A stretch of DNA of 64,000 bases from the NCBI GenBank assembly GCA_951406725.2, contig OX597818.1, forward strand, positions 46,686,001 to 46,750,000, given 5' to 3'. The notes below the pieces were generated by a model that was not told where the DNA came from, ran no database searches, and worked only from the letters and a program-made list of their open reading frames with translations. A program made the position numbers and the translations under genes. The DNA is from Octopus vulgaris. Lineage: Eukaryota. Shown one piece after another: positions 39,641 to 52,066 of the stretch. Position 1 is the stretch's first letter. Each line of letters starts with the position of its first letter.

Positions 39641-40440
39641 TCAATGAAGAGAGAACTGAGAGAATGATAGTGAATATAGGGCTTCTGATTGGAGATGACA
39701 GTGGATGATAGGTTACGAAGGACAGGTAAGTGGTGCTAGCGGAATGGGGCCGTTAGCATCACTTTCATATTATCATTTTCAAAATTTCATCTTACATACT
39801 TTTATTTTTATAATGTTCTATGTCCCCAATGTCTTGTAGTGTCCCCTCTATGTCGCCCCTAGTGGGTAATAAAGAAATACTCTAATGATTCTTTCAATAT
39901 TCTGCCTTTGATGTTGTTTCTTTATTTCCCACAAGGGGATCTGCGTTTGATGTCTTACTACCTGTACACTATTAAGAGAAAGGAACAAAGTTTACAGACA
40001 TTAGGACAAACTAATAATTTGCCAGTTAAAAACCCATCTCAACATAATTATCCGGGTGAGGGTGTAATCAATTGAATTGACCCCAATACCTGAGTGGTAG
40101 TTTAATTGGTAATTTGACGGTTCAGTAAAGTTGAAAGATTGTCAGTCCCTTCGGATTTGAACTCAAAATCAAGCAATATAGATAATACTCACTGTAAAGT
40201 TTGTTTGTTTTTGTTTTTTTGTTCATCTGTTGCTCATTTATTGGAAATTAATTAAACTGGATTCTTACTTATCCTGTTTGCTGTACATTCATAAAAATTA
40301 TCCTACAACTTAGATATCTGCAATAAAAGATAAAGCATTATTTCGCAAATTGATTACTAAATGGCTAAAATAGCTTTTCCAGTTGTGGAGACTAAAACAA
40401 AGGATGACTTCAAGGACAGTTTTTGCGTTAGTGTCACATA

Positions 40441-40961
40441 CCGTAAATCCTCGAGTATAATCGGCATTTTTTCCTCAAAATTTAAAAGTCAAAATCCCTC
40501 GTGCGTACTATATACGAGGTTAAAAATGAAAATTATTTTCTAAGCAATGTCCGAGTCTCTATTTGCTGTCCGGTAATGTTTATTCAGACGCATTTTGTGA
40601 TGTCGGGCGCGAAAATACCTTAAGCTAAGCCTGAAAGCAATGAAATCATAAAAGAATCATCCATAACTTGCAGTAAGCAACATTTATTAAAATTAAAGTA
40701 TTCAGAACACAGAATAACATGTAACAAAAACAATTTGCAAACATATTTACATTCCCATATAACAGTTAAGAACATCACCATTATTGTATTACGCATGCGC
40801 GGAAGTGTTTGTTCGACTAGGTGCTGCTGACTTAATTACACACGACTCAAGTTAGAGAAGGAGTGCGTATTATACACAAGGTTTAGGTTTTTCAGATGTA
40901 CAGCTGCCTAAAGTCCCCTGCGTATTATATTCAAGGGCGGATTATACTCGAAGATTTACGG
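40441..40961. mobile_element. CCGTAAATC-TIR MITE, inverted sibling of 13860-14370
   Basis: TA|CCGTAAATCCTCGAGTATAATC ... GATTATACTCGAAGATTTACGG|TA, with shared internal sequence. Confidence 0.88.
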
Positions 40962-41130
40962 TAGATAAAAGTAAGTGATTTGCGTATTTTTATTTTAAAT
41001 TTTTAACCAAATCGAATCTTGGAAGTGTTGCATCTTTTAGAGGATGTAGTTATCTATTTAAAATAGTAAAAATGGATGGGTATTAACTTTTCGTGCAGCA
41101 GGTAGCTTAGTATATTTTCTCCCTTTTTTT

Positions 41131-42058
41131 ACCTCCGCCAAAGAAGGGGGTTATATTTTCATTGGCGTTGGTTTGTTCGTCTGTCCGTCTGTGTGCAAAA
41201 TAGCTCAAAAAGTTGAGAACGGTATTTGATGAAACTTGCAGGAAAAGTTGCTAATGACACAAGGAACAGATGATGAAATTTTGGTAGTGATCTGGGAATT
41301 TTTATGGATTCTTGAAGGATTTTTCATTTGTTATATTTACTTTACATGAAGCATTACAGTTACGTTCTATGATTATCTCCCTTAAAAACACATTCATCGT
41401 TTCCATGTAACTTATGGTGGCGTTGCTGTTTTCAAAGTTTTATTTTTGTTTCTCTATTGGTAATTTTACTCGCGTATCTATGGACTCTTGAGGTATGATT
41501 GAGACTATACTGACCACAGAGGGATGTAAAGTAGGTAGGTAGGTTTAGTTTCGTAAGTAGACAGATACCTCTGTTATCTTTGCCAAAGAATCATCTGACC
41601 ATTGTCCTTGGTGATTTCAACATGGATCTCGTTGATTCCCCTAACCATGAGATCTTGACAACTAAGAACCAGTTTGGGTTCGACCAACTAGTCCAAAAAC
41701 CCACCACTGACTATGGAAGCCTGCTAGATCATGTCTACGTGAACCAGGATCGGCGTCCACAAGTCACCGTAACCGACTGTTACTTTTCCGACCATGATAA
41801 TGTGTGTGTATCACTCAAGTTTTAGATAATTGTTGTTTCTTTTTAGTTGTATGGTGAAACTAGCTTGCTGTTGTCATTGATGTATTATAACTGCTTCAGA
41901 TGATTCCTGTTTTTAAAGGGTTATTTTTTTAACCCCGCCAAGGAGATTGTTTTTTTTTTCCGGCGTTGGTTTAGGAAATTGGGCGATTTTCAGCATGCGT
42001 GTATATGGGTGGAAATGAGCTGCTTGGCGGAGATCTGCGGTCTCCGAGTGCTTTTCTA
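41131..42058 (+). mobile_element. Helentron/DINE-1-like non-autonomous element retaining an endonuclease fragment
   Basis: T-run|ACCTCCGCCAA..GGTTATATTTTCATTGGCGTTGGTTTGTTCGTCTGTC at the start. Subterminal inverted TTGGCGGAG, a 3' hairpin and a T-rich end near 42025-42060. Confidence 0.7.
41580..41825 (+). pseudogene. APE/EEP-family endonuclease C-terminal fragment
   Basis: IVLGDFN..., PTT..GSLLDHVYVN..., YFSDH catalytic motifs, followed by a stop codon. Confidence 0.85.
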
Positions 42059-42844
42059 ATTTAAAGAATTTATCCGATTTTAAGATAATTAACATGTCGC
42101 AAAATACAGCAGGCAAATTTAGAAATAAAGCAAGATTACATAGATGTAAAGCCTTAAGACTTGAAAGGGGAAAACCTGATATTATCATTAACAGCAAAAG
42201 TGAACTGATCTTGACAAATATATAATGAATCCGTTCCATAACGGAATCGAAACCGAATACCTAACTCAGTTCGCTTAGAACACTCTGTCCTACTTAAAGT
42301 GCCTGCCAAAAAAAGTAATAAAAACAAAAGCAAATTAGGTAAATATTTATTTTTAAATAAAAAAAGAAAACGATGCACCTGTTACGGTGGAAGGAAACCC
42401 TGTTTTCTCTTCTCCCTTCTGCTTCACAGAATCGAGAATAAACATCTAATATGGGGAAAATATGTACTAAAAATTTTCCTTCAAATTTTTTTTGTTTCTT
42501 TCTTATTTTGGCACTAATGCCAACGAGAACTTATCCTGGAACACACTTAAGAAGTGAACTGAGAAGGAACGTAAAAAATTATATAGTCTCTGTTGTTGTC
42601 ATTGGAATGTTAACGCCAATCTAACCAGACAAAACTAACGAGGAATAAGATCAATGGTTAATGGTTACAGAGCAGACGCATAATCAAAATTGAGTTCCTA
42701 GCTTAATCACCATGGAAAGCTAGACGGTATTTCTTCTTTTTCTTTTCTGCTTTACCAGTTTAAACTAAATATCATCTGACCTAACCAATACTCCAATCTA
42801 TTTCTTTTCGACACATCATAAGAATAGATCGATGTGAATATATA

Positions 42845-42978
42845 TTTCTTTACTACCCACAAGGGGCCAAACACAGAGGGGACAAACAAAGACAGACAAA
42901 CGGATTAAGTCTATTAGATCGACCCCAGTGCGTAACTGGTACTTAATTTATCGACCCCGAAAGGATGAAAGGCAAATC
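42845..42978 (-). mobile_element. SINE-B 3' fragment
   Basis: Matches the family consensus. Confidence 0.85.
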
Positions 42979-43786
42979 CATATTTGTGGGTGTAATTTCT
43001 ATTTACGGATGTAGCGCGAATATATATTCGTACAATCCGAAAAACGGAAAAAATATTCAACTGCCTTGAAAGCTAAACCTATATTTGGGGCGCTGATTCC
43101 AAATATGCCGTCTGTTTTTGCCCTAGTTTTGGAATTAAACCCTTTATTTACTAATGTATCAACTCGTGCACTAAAATTAAGGACCCCAGTTGCACCTTAC
43201 CTACAGATGCCTTAGAAGTTAAATCTGTACTTGGTTATATGTAAGAATTTGATTTCAAAATTCAGTTGCTTTATCACTTCTAATAAATTATTGATCGGTT
43301 ATTCTGATAAAAACAAATAACCAATTTGATGCTTTAAATGTATCGCGTGTTATTAAAACAGCGTCATATTACTAAATTAGTTTATTTCATCAATGCATTG
43401 TACCTGTATTTCATCAATGAGTTGTACCTGTATTTCAAAGGGCCAGCCTTGTCACACTCTGTGTCACGCTGAATCTCCTTGCGAACTACGTTAAGGGTAC
43501 ACGTGTCTGTGGAATGCTCAGCCATTTGCACGTTAATTTCACGAGCAAGCTGTTCCGTTGATCGTATCAGCTGGGACTCTCGTCGTCGTAACCGACGGAG
43601 TGCTCCTATAGTATTTATAGTAATAATTACTCAAAAATTAAGACATAAGGCATTCAAAATGATCAGTCATTCAATACATAAGAAGCTTGAGATTTACCAG
43701 AACAGTCCCGCGGAAGGTTCCATCAACAGACATCCAAAACCATTATATACGTACCCTACCTTTCGCGGTCCCGTCTTCTATAGTTT

Positions 43787-44158
43787 GTGGCTGTGTGGTA
43801 AGCAATTTGCTTACCAACAACATAGTTCCGAGTTCAGTCCCACTGCGTGGCACCTCGGGCCAGTATCTTCTACCATAGCCACGAGTTGACAAAAGCCTTG
43901 TGGGTGAATTTGGTAGCGGAAACTGAAGGAAGCCTGTCGTATATATATGTGTGTGTTTGTGTGTCTGTGTTTGTCCCCCCAACATCGCTTGACAACCGAT
44001 GCTGGTGTGTTTACATCCCCGTAACTTAGCGGTTCGGCAAAAGAGACGATAGAATAAGTACTAGGCTTACAAAGAACAAGTCCTGAGGTCGATTTGCTCG
44101 ACTAAAGGCGGTGCTCCAGCATGGCCGCAGTCAAATGACCGAAACAAGTAAAAGAGTA
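43787..44158 (+). mobile_element. SINE family A
   Basis: Matches the family consensus. Confidence 0.9.
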
Positions 44159-44191
44159 ATATATTTTGATAAATTTATTTTGTGGAATATT

Positions 44192-44710
44192 TGGTGGTTG
44201 TAGTTCGTATATTTTTTAGCTGAAACAATACTGGCTGGTTTTGAGAAACTGAAATGCAAATTTTTTTTTTATATTTTGAAAGAAAGATTACTTCGCATTA
44301 TCTTAACGTATACAAAGTAATACTGCTATACGTTGGAAAATCTTTAGAGAAATGTCTTCTTTGAAGCAAAGGAATTAAGAAGGAAATAAAAGCTGTCGCA
44401 ACATTGACACATACCATGGGATAATAAATTATGTGATTAACCCACTGTCCTCGTTTGAGAACAGTTGTATTTGGTTTATTTACTGCAATAAAGGTTAACT
44501 GGACGCTTCCGTATGTTTGTTATCTCTATTTATATAAATATCTTCAAAATTTCGACAGGGTTAACCTGGGTTAAAATTAGTTACGAACCCCGTGGTCTTA
44601 GGTTCAGTCCCACTGTACAGCATTTTGGGCAAGTATCTTCTAATATAGCTCCGGATCGACCAACATCTTGTGTGTGAATTTGGTAGATGGAAATTGTGTG
44701 GAATACTGTT
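44192..44710 (+). repeat. Old local duplication, copy 2
   Basis: Collinear with 37625-38000, plus an extra insertion at 44441-44560. Confidence 0.8.
44441..44560. mobile_element. piggyBac-like MITE (120 bp)
   Basis: TTAA|CCCACTGTC ... GACAGGG|TTAA. Absent from the paralogous site near 37868. Confidence 0.65.
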
Positions 44711-44984
44711 GTATGTCTGTGACATTCTCCTTACTCTCCGCTTAAATCGTCATACATTTCTGAAAAGCGATCGAAGTGACTACAGAAATTATATGCCTAA
44801 GAAGTTCATATTAAATCAATACTTATGAAAATTAGAGAGCATGTGCCCTACTTCAAAATAGTTATACAGTAATCCCTCGACTATCGCGGGTGTTACGTTC
44901 CGAAGCCCCAAGCTACAGGTGAAAACCTGTGAAGTAGAAACAGTACTGTACTGTACATTTTTTTAATATCATTTTTATAATTTA

Positions 44985-47410
44985 TCTATCTATATATATA
45001 AAACACGGAATGTGTGTCTGTTCTGTACTGTACACTTTTTATATCATTTTTATAATTTATCTATCTATATATATAAAACACGGAATATGTGTGTCTGTGT
45101 GCTTGTAATGTCGTTAAAACTCGAGATCCACTCAAGCGATTTTAATGAAATTTTCACCATTTGATTTTCACCATTAAATTTTCACCATTAGATTTTTCAC
45201 CATTTTTACTTCAACTGTTGAAGCTTCTTCTATTAGGTCCATTATCAGATTCAAAACATTACCTCAACAACATCAGAAAACACAATTGTGCGTTCCAAAT
45301 TATATCTTTCGTGGCAAACATTGTCAGTGATGGTGGTTTTTATGCCTGCTCTTAAAGTACAGGGACGGGTTTACCATAGGATTGGACCACTCCAACCTTC
45401 TGCGGATAAGGAGCCTCAGTTTCTTCAACTTTACTTTATTGGTGACTATCACGAACAAGTAAGAAAGCGAAACTCAATTTCATTCGGAACCAGAGAAGAG
45501 CTTATAGTTCAGCTTTAGGATATGCTGCACGCGCAAAACAGCCACGTTCAGAACTTCAAATATGCCTTAGAAGCATCGACCTCGCCAGAATTCAATGTCA
45601 TCTCATTACAGGAGGATGCATTGTAGTACCCAGCATGCTAACCAACGGCCGACTGGAGAGCATGCTGGGTACTACAATGCACCCTCCTGTAATGAGGTTG
45701 CCGTTGTTCTTCATGGTGAACAGCATAACAAACGAGAAATTGATCTCAAACGTCGTGATAACACTCTCCAAAGAATTTGTGGAACACTAAGATCACACGA
45801 TACTTCGCAGTATCCACTGCTCTTCGTGAATGGCGAGGATGGATACCATTTTGGCATTCCGCAGTATAATGCCAACAATCCCGACGAACAAACCATAAAG
45901 TTAGTTTCTTGCAGGGCCTTCTACGCGTTTCTTTTTATGATCCGCCCAAACTCTTTCAGTAGAGGCGCGTGGCTTAGTGGTTAGGGTGTCAGCATCATGA
46001 TCGTAAAATTGTGGTTTCGATTCCTGCATCGGGCGACGCGTTGTGTTCTTGAGCAAAACACTTCATTTCACGTTGCTCCAGTCCACTCAGCTGGCAAAAA
46101 TGAGTAACGCTGTGATGGACTGGCGTCTCGTCCAGCTGGGGAACACATACGCCATTGAAACCGGGAAACCGGGCCCATAAGCCTGGCTAGGCTTTAAAAG
46201 GGCGTATTTATTATTATTTCCAAACTCTTTCAACCACCTACATCGTTCGCGAAACCTCTTCCACGAATTCGCCGTTGACATGGCTACCAAATTGTAGTCA
46301 GAATGTAGTCAGAAAGACTACATAAGGTTGAATCAGAAGCAACTTCGTTCAGACAATTATGTTCATCTTAGAGACTCCATCATCAACGACGCACATCCCA
46401 GAAGCATAGGGCAATTATGCATCTTACCTTCAACTTACACAGGAGGTCCCTGATACATGCATGAGAGAACACAGGATGTGATGACATTGATGCGGCACTA
46501 TGGCAAACCAGATTTATTTATTACTTTTACATACAACCCAATGTGGAAGGAGATTAAGGATGAATTGTTTCACGGCTAAAATGCCAAGAACAGGCATGAC
46601 CTCATGGTCAGAGTCTTCTTCCTTAAATTATTAAAACTTATGGACTTCCTTATAAAACGGCAGGTATTTGGGCCTGTAGAATGTGACATGTTCATAACAG
46701 AATGGCAGAAACGATGCCTTCCACATGCACATATTCTCATTTGGCTGTCAAAATAGATCGATTCTACTGACATCGACAAGATTATCTCCGCTGAGCTTCC
46801 AGATCCGTCAACTGTCACGGATTTATACGACAAAGTAAAGGCTCACATTGCTTCAACCCAAACTCACCATGCCTGAAAGACAGTTTGTGCACTAAAAAGT
46901 TTCCCCGACAGTTCCTTCTCGAAGCTGAGTGTATCTTGAAAACGGTCAAAGAGTGTACTCCCCTACTGCGACTGCTGCTCACTTGGCACAGAAACCAAAG
47001 GGCACCACTCTGACAGCGTTTTCCAAGCTTTGTCAAGTAGATCCGTTTGCTAGAACTCTGCTGTGTCCACGGGTGCCATCCTGCTACAGATGGAACAAAC
47101 AAATAAAGAAATGGACACGAAGAAAGGCAGGTTGGTGGACAGCCAGGCATAAAATTTGACAGTTGTCTAGGTCGAATGTACACAGTGCACCCAGGCCAGC
47201 AAGAGTGTTTCTACTACCATCTCCTTTTGCATCAGGTCAGAGGACCAACGAGTTTCGTTAACCTAAAAACTTTTGACGGGCATGTTTCGGCTACATATAG
47301 GGAAGCCTGCAATAAACATGGATTACTGGAAGATTTCGCCACCTCGCAATCACCAAGGAGTATAAGGACACTTTTTGCTGTATTATTGCTTACATGTGAA
47401 CTTTGTTATC
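44985..47410 (+). mobile_element. Helitron 5' portion with a disrupted Rep (HUH) coding region
   Basis: A|TCTATCTATATATATAAAA start. Peptides include SKHYLNNIRKHNCAF, KVQGRVYHRIG, YNAPSCNEVA, QYPLLF..GEDGY, YGKPDLFITFT, EWQKRCLPHAHILI (HUH motif), LENGQRVY and LLLHQVRGPTSF, with multiple stops and frameshifts. Confidence 0.93.
45959..46219 (+). mobile_element. SINE family C inserted in the Helitron
   Basis: 13-bp TSD CCAAACTCTTTCA at 45946-45958 and 46220-46232. Confidence 0.92.
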
Positions 47411-47414
47411 TCGC

Positions 47415-47622
47415 CGCTTGTGGGTAGTAAAGAAATAGGTATTTCATCTGCCGTTACGTTCTGAGTTCAAATTCCGCCGAAGTTGACTTTGCCTTTCATC
47501 CTTTCGGGGTCGATAAATTAAGTACCAGTTACGCACTGGAGTCGATATAATCGACTTAATCCGTTTGTCTGTCCTTGTTTGTCCCCTCTGTGTGTAGCCC
47601 CTTGTATGCAGTAAAGAAATAA
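47415..47622 (+). mobile_element. SINE-B multimer fragment
   Basis: Tail-body junction GTAAAGAAATAGGTATTTC followed by one body. Confidence 0.88.
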
Positions 47623-47636
47623 TAAGCTTAAATAAT

Positions 47637-47745
47637 AAACCGCGATAGGTGAACCGCGATAGGTGAACCGCGATAGGTGAACCGCGATAGTGAACCGCGA
47701 TATGTGAACCGCGATAGGTGAACCGCGATAGGTGAACCATGATAT
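47637..47745. repeat. 14-bp tandem repeat (GTGAACCGCGATAG) x ~7
   Basis: Directly visible; it is an expanded subterminal motif of the MITE. Confidence 0.93.
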
Positions 47746-47995
47746 GGCGAGGGATTACTGTATGTCTAATGGTTGCCAAGAAACTTTTTTTGATGACTAA
47801 GACATGCCAATACCACGCACAGGATTCACTGTTGACCACTGAAACTATGGATTCAATTCAAAGCTAATTATTAACGGAACTGTTCTATTAGTTATCCTAA
47901 ACCGCATTATTATCATAAGTTGTATTAAATTGTATTAATTTCAATTTAGATTTGTTATCCAGTATTATTTTCTGGTCGAACAAGCAACAAATTGT

Positions 47996-48575
47996 GGATC
48001 TTTTCGGTTTGAACGACAGTTTTTTTTTAAAATAATTTCCACGTAACTAAACACTTTTAAACTTCGTATACTGGTAGAATGTGTTTATAAAACATCTTTT
48101 TCTCTTCGCTTTATTGAGAAAATTCTATAGTTTGTAAGATATTTGTTGTTTTTTTTCTTCAATTTCTGAAATTTCAACCAATCAATGGCGTGTATTGAGG
48201 TGAAAACATTCTGTGCCGTATGAATATGTCTCTCGTTTAAGAAACAGATTGGGTTTATAAAACATCTTTTTCTCTTGGCTTTATTGAGAAAATTCTATAG
48301 TTTGTAAGATATTTGTTGGGGTTTTTTTTTCAATTTCTGCAATTTCAACCAAACAATGACGTGTATTGAGGTGAAAACATTATGTGCCGTATGAATATGT
48401 CCCTCGTTTAAGAAACAGATTGGGTTTATTTACATTTCTGAAGAAAAAAGATACCCTTCCCCCTACCACTAACCCTAAAACAGATTGAAATGCAATAGAT
48501 CGATACTAGGGTCATAATTATGGGTGACAATTTCATGACACCGCTAGAAAAAACTGAATCAAACCGAAAAGATCC
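47996..48575. mobile_element. MITE with GGATCTTTTCGGTTTGAAC TIRs and an internal ~170-bp duplication
   Basis: TIRs at both ends and a degenerate 8-bp TSD CAAATTGT/GAAATTGC. Sibling at 57993-58401. Confidence 0.88.
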
Positions 48576-49809
48576 GAAATTGCAATTCGTATGTAAGAAA
48601 ATATTTGAGATATGAACGATTAAAATTGCTTGGCAAGTTCGTTTTTGTTTATTGGGGTTTTTTTGCTTCTTCTTTCAACCAACTCCGTTAACTATGAAAA
48701 AATATATTCGGGATTACAGCGGTTTAATTTGTTTAAGAAAGATTATTATTAATGTATAGCTAACCCGTAATATAAACAGTGGAAGTCGATTTCCCACGAA
48801 ACACTATCACGACTGACACAAATCGACTCCATTTGCCTTAGGAATTAAATCCAACGACCAGAGAGTAGTTTTACATACAATTTGAACTCCACCGAAATAT
48901 CTTTAAAGGTTATTACCACAAAGCGAGAGAAATTACATTCCCCTCATTAAACCTGTGTCGATCGACCTTTTTACGCAGATAGAAGAAAAAGAAAGTGGGC
49001 GAGCAACAGATATACGAGAAGAGAATTGTGCAGCGCCAATAATTTATAGCATGTGACTAAGAAAAATTTTTTTTTAATAAAGAAATGCAAATACCACCTC
49101 AGGTCGACGCCCTCTGTTGATAACTGAAAAATGGAGATATCAAAATATGTTCTGTTATAAAATCAAGACATTGGCCAATTATTATTACAGTGGAGCTTAC
49201 CGTGCAACTGAATTCGTAAACAGTTTGTTGCCACTGTAGCATACAAGTCAGTGACTCTGAAATTGAAAATAATGCATTCCGTAAATATGCGAGATGCTAA
49301 GAACAATGAAAAGATTGCAATAAGCGTCTATAAAATATGAAAATGTTGATTGTAAATCTTTCGAGAATGATTCAGTGAAATAAAATGTAGAAATTGGAAT
49401 CACCTCGAACTCATTAGAAGAGAATTTCTGACAAACGATATAAATAATAGCTGATGGAATTTTTGTGAGTAATAAATCAGATTAACTACAAAATAGTTGT
49501 ACCATTATTGGTAAATAAGCGACTGAACCAACAAAAAGAAATATTTAGGATCTTTGAGAAAGCTGTGCTTCAATGTAGTTTCCGCCATTTGTCCAGTGAA
49601 GGTAAATGAGATGAATAAATACATGGACTTCTGATTGTTTTTCTCTCAAAATCTTTACATTTCGTAAAATAGTGTTACTATCCAGACATGGTCCAACAAG
49701 ATATACATGACTACTGACCACAAAGAAAGTGACTTTTAATCAAAAATTAAATGGATTTCATCTATGTTATCGATTTGCATAACCGCTAGAAACTTAGAAG
49801 TAATAATAG

Positions 49810-50606
49810 TTTCAAATGTTGACTCAAAGCTAGCAATTTCGGGAGAGTGGGATAGTCCCCAGTGCTTGACCGATACTTATTTTATAAACCCCAAAAGGAT
49901 GAAAGGCAAAGTCGACATCGGCTGAATTTGAACTCAGAACGTAAAGACGGACGAAATGCCGTTAAGTATTTCGCCCGGTGTGCTAACGATTCTACCAGCT
50001 CGCTACCTTAAACTGAGTAATAATAATTCTTTATACTAAGGGCACAAGGCCTGAAATTTGCAGGGAGGGGACTAGTCGATTACATCGACCCCAGTCTTTC
50101 CCTGGCACTTATTTCATCGACTCCGAAAGAATGAAAGACAAAGTCGACCTCGGCGGAATTTGAACTCGGAACCTAGCGACGGGCGAAATACCTATTTCTT
50201 TACTACCCACAAAGGGCTAAACACAGAGGAGACAAACAAGGACAGACAGACGGATTAAGTTGATTACATCGACCCCAGAATTTCACTGGTACTTAATTTA
50301 TCGACCCCGAAAGGATGAAAGGCTAAGTCGACCTCGGTGGAATTTGAACTCAGAACGCAAACGGCAGACGAAATACCTATTTCTTTACTACCCACAAGGG
50401 GCTAAACACAGAGAGGAAAAACAAGGACAGACATAGGTATTAAGTCGATTACATCGACCCCAGTAACTGGTACTTATTTAATCTACCCCGAAAGGATGAA
50501 AGGCAAAGTCGACCTCGGCGGAATTTCAACTCAGAACGTAACGGCAGACGAAATACCGCTAAGCATTTCGCCCGGCGTGCTAACGTTTCTGCCAGCTCGC
50601 CGCCTT
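49810..50606 (-). mobile_element. Old SINE-B (49810-50010) and a SINE-B trimer (50030-50606)
   Basis: Junctions near 50186 and 50370; a single head at about 50550-50606. Confidence 0.9.
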
Positions 50607-50657
50607 AAGCCTGTTACTTTCTTTTAATGGCATGTCAGCTTTGGAGAATTCAGGTTT

Positions 50658-51054
50658 CTTGAGGATTATCTCCCCTTCTCATATGGAGTCGGTCTTAATT
50701 GGCATTTGGTAATTATGATAAATCCTCTTGAGGCAGAGAAAAGTTTAATAACTTAAGGATTTACGTTGTATGGTAGTTGATATTACTCTGTGTGTGTGTG
50801 TGTGTGTGTAATGTCTATCAAAGCTTGTATTCCACTTAGAAACAGTTTTCCTTGAGGATTATCTCCCCTTCTCATATGGAGTCGGTCTTAATTGGCATTT
50901 GGTAATTATGATAAATCCTCTTGAGGCAGAGAAAAGTTTAATAACTTAAGGATTTACGTTGTATGGTAGTTGATATTACTCTGTGTGTGTGTGTGTGTGT
51001 GTAATGTCTATCAAAGATTCTATGAGCTTGTATTCCACTTAGAAACAGTTTTCC
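50658..51054. repeat. Tandem duplication with a 193-bp period (2 copies)
   Basis: Copies start at 50658 and 50851 and are near identical apart from a 10-bp indel. Confidence 0.95.
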
Positions 51055-51144
51055 GTCAAAACAACGATATATAAAACACCATAAACACACCCAGAGATGT
51101 GTGTGTGTGTAAATTTGGGTTTTCTCATCGGGAAACTATTTTAT

Positions 51145-51536
51145 TTTACTTGTTTCAGTCAGTTGACTGCGGCCATGCTGGAGCACCACCTTTAGTCGAG
51201 CAAATCGACCCCGGGACTTATTCTTTGTAAGCCCAGTACTTATTCTATCGGTCTCTTTTGCCGAACCGCTAAGTGACGGGGACATAAACACACCAGCATC
51301 GGTTGTCAAGCAATGCTAGGAGGACAAACACATACACAAACATACACGCACACATATATATATATATATACATATATACGACGGGCTTCTTTCAGTTTCC
51401 GTCTACCATATCCACTTACAAGGCTTTGGTCGGCCCGGGGCTATAGCAGAAGACACTTGCCCAAGATGCTACGAAGTGGGACTGAACCCGCAAACATATG
51501 GTTGGTTAGCAAGCTACTTACCACACAGCCACTCCT
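51145..51536 (-). mobile_element. SINE family A
   Basis: Matches the family consensus. Confidence 0.9.
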
Positions 51537-52066
51537 GATTTAATTTTGAATAATTTAGCCTTCTAAATTTCATTACTACTGTCGTCTGGTTTTATTGTTT
51601 TACTATTTGGCGTGGTTTTCTTGTCTATCACTTCTACCGTTGCTTCGAACTACTAATGTGCAAAATCGAGAGATTCCTGGGTGTGTGGATCAAATCAGAC
51701 TGAATGTAATGTATCGGCAAATACAATGATCATTCGAGCTAAAACCTAAAAGTCGGTATAATGATTTAGAGAATGTTAATGCAATTGTATGTGTGTTATA
51801 TATATTACAAAGTTTCGCTGTAGGTTAAATAACGCAAACATGTTTTTTTCTACGCTGTTAATGTGCAGGAAAAAGGAGTCAGTTTCCTAACGAATAGTTT
51901 TTTGGCTTCTTACACGCTTTTCCGAGAAGGCGTACCCAACTTCTGCTGGTGCATAAAGCAGTCACGAATTAGGCTTGCATCATGGTAGCTACCCTACATT
52001 GCATATTTGTGCTTTTGACGGCTGCTCATAAATGTTTGTGCACAACACTGTAATTAATATATTTAA

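Larger units (their letters stand above)
44867..47760. mobile_element. Tigger/pogo-like MITE ends enclosing a Helitron and SINEs
   Basis: TA|CAGTAATCCCTCGACTATCGCGG ... CGAGGGATTACTG|TA. Confidence 0.8.

Noticed and set aside
49549-49601. Possible 53-nt exon (TTTAG|...|GTAAAT; IFEKAVLQCSFRHLSSE)
   Set aside because: Weak polypyrimidine tract, no recognised homology and no partner exons.
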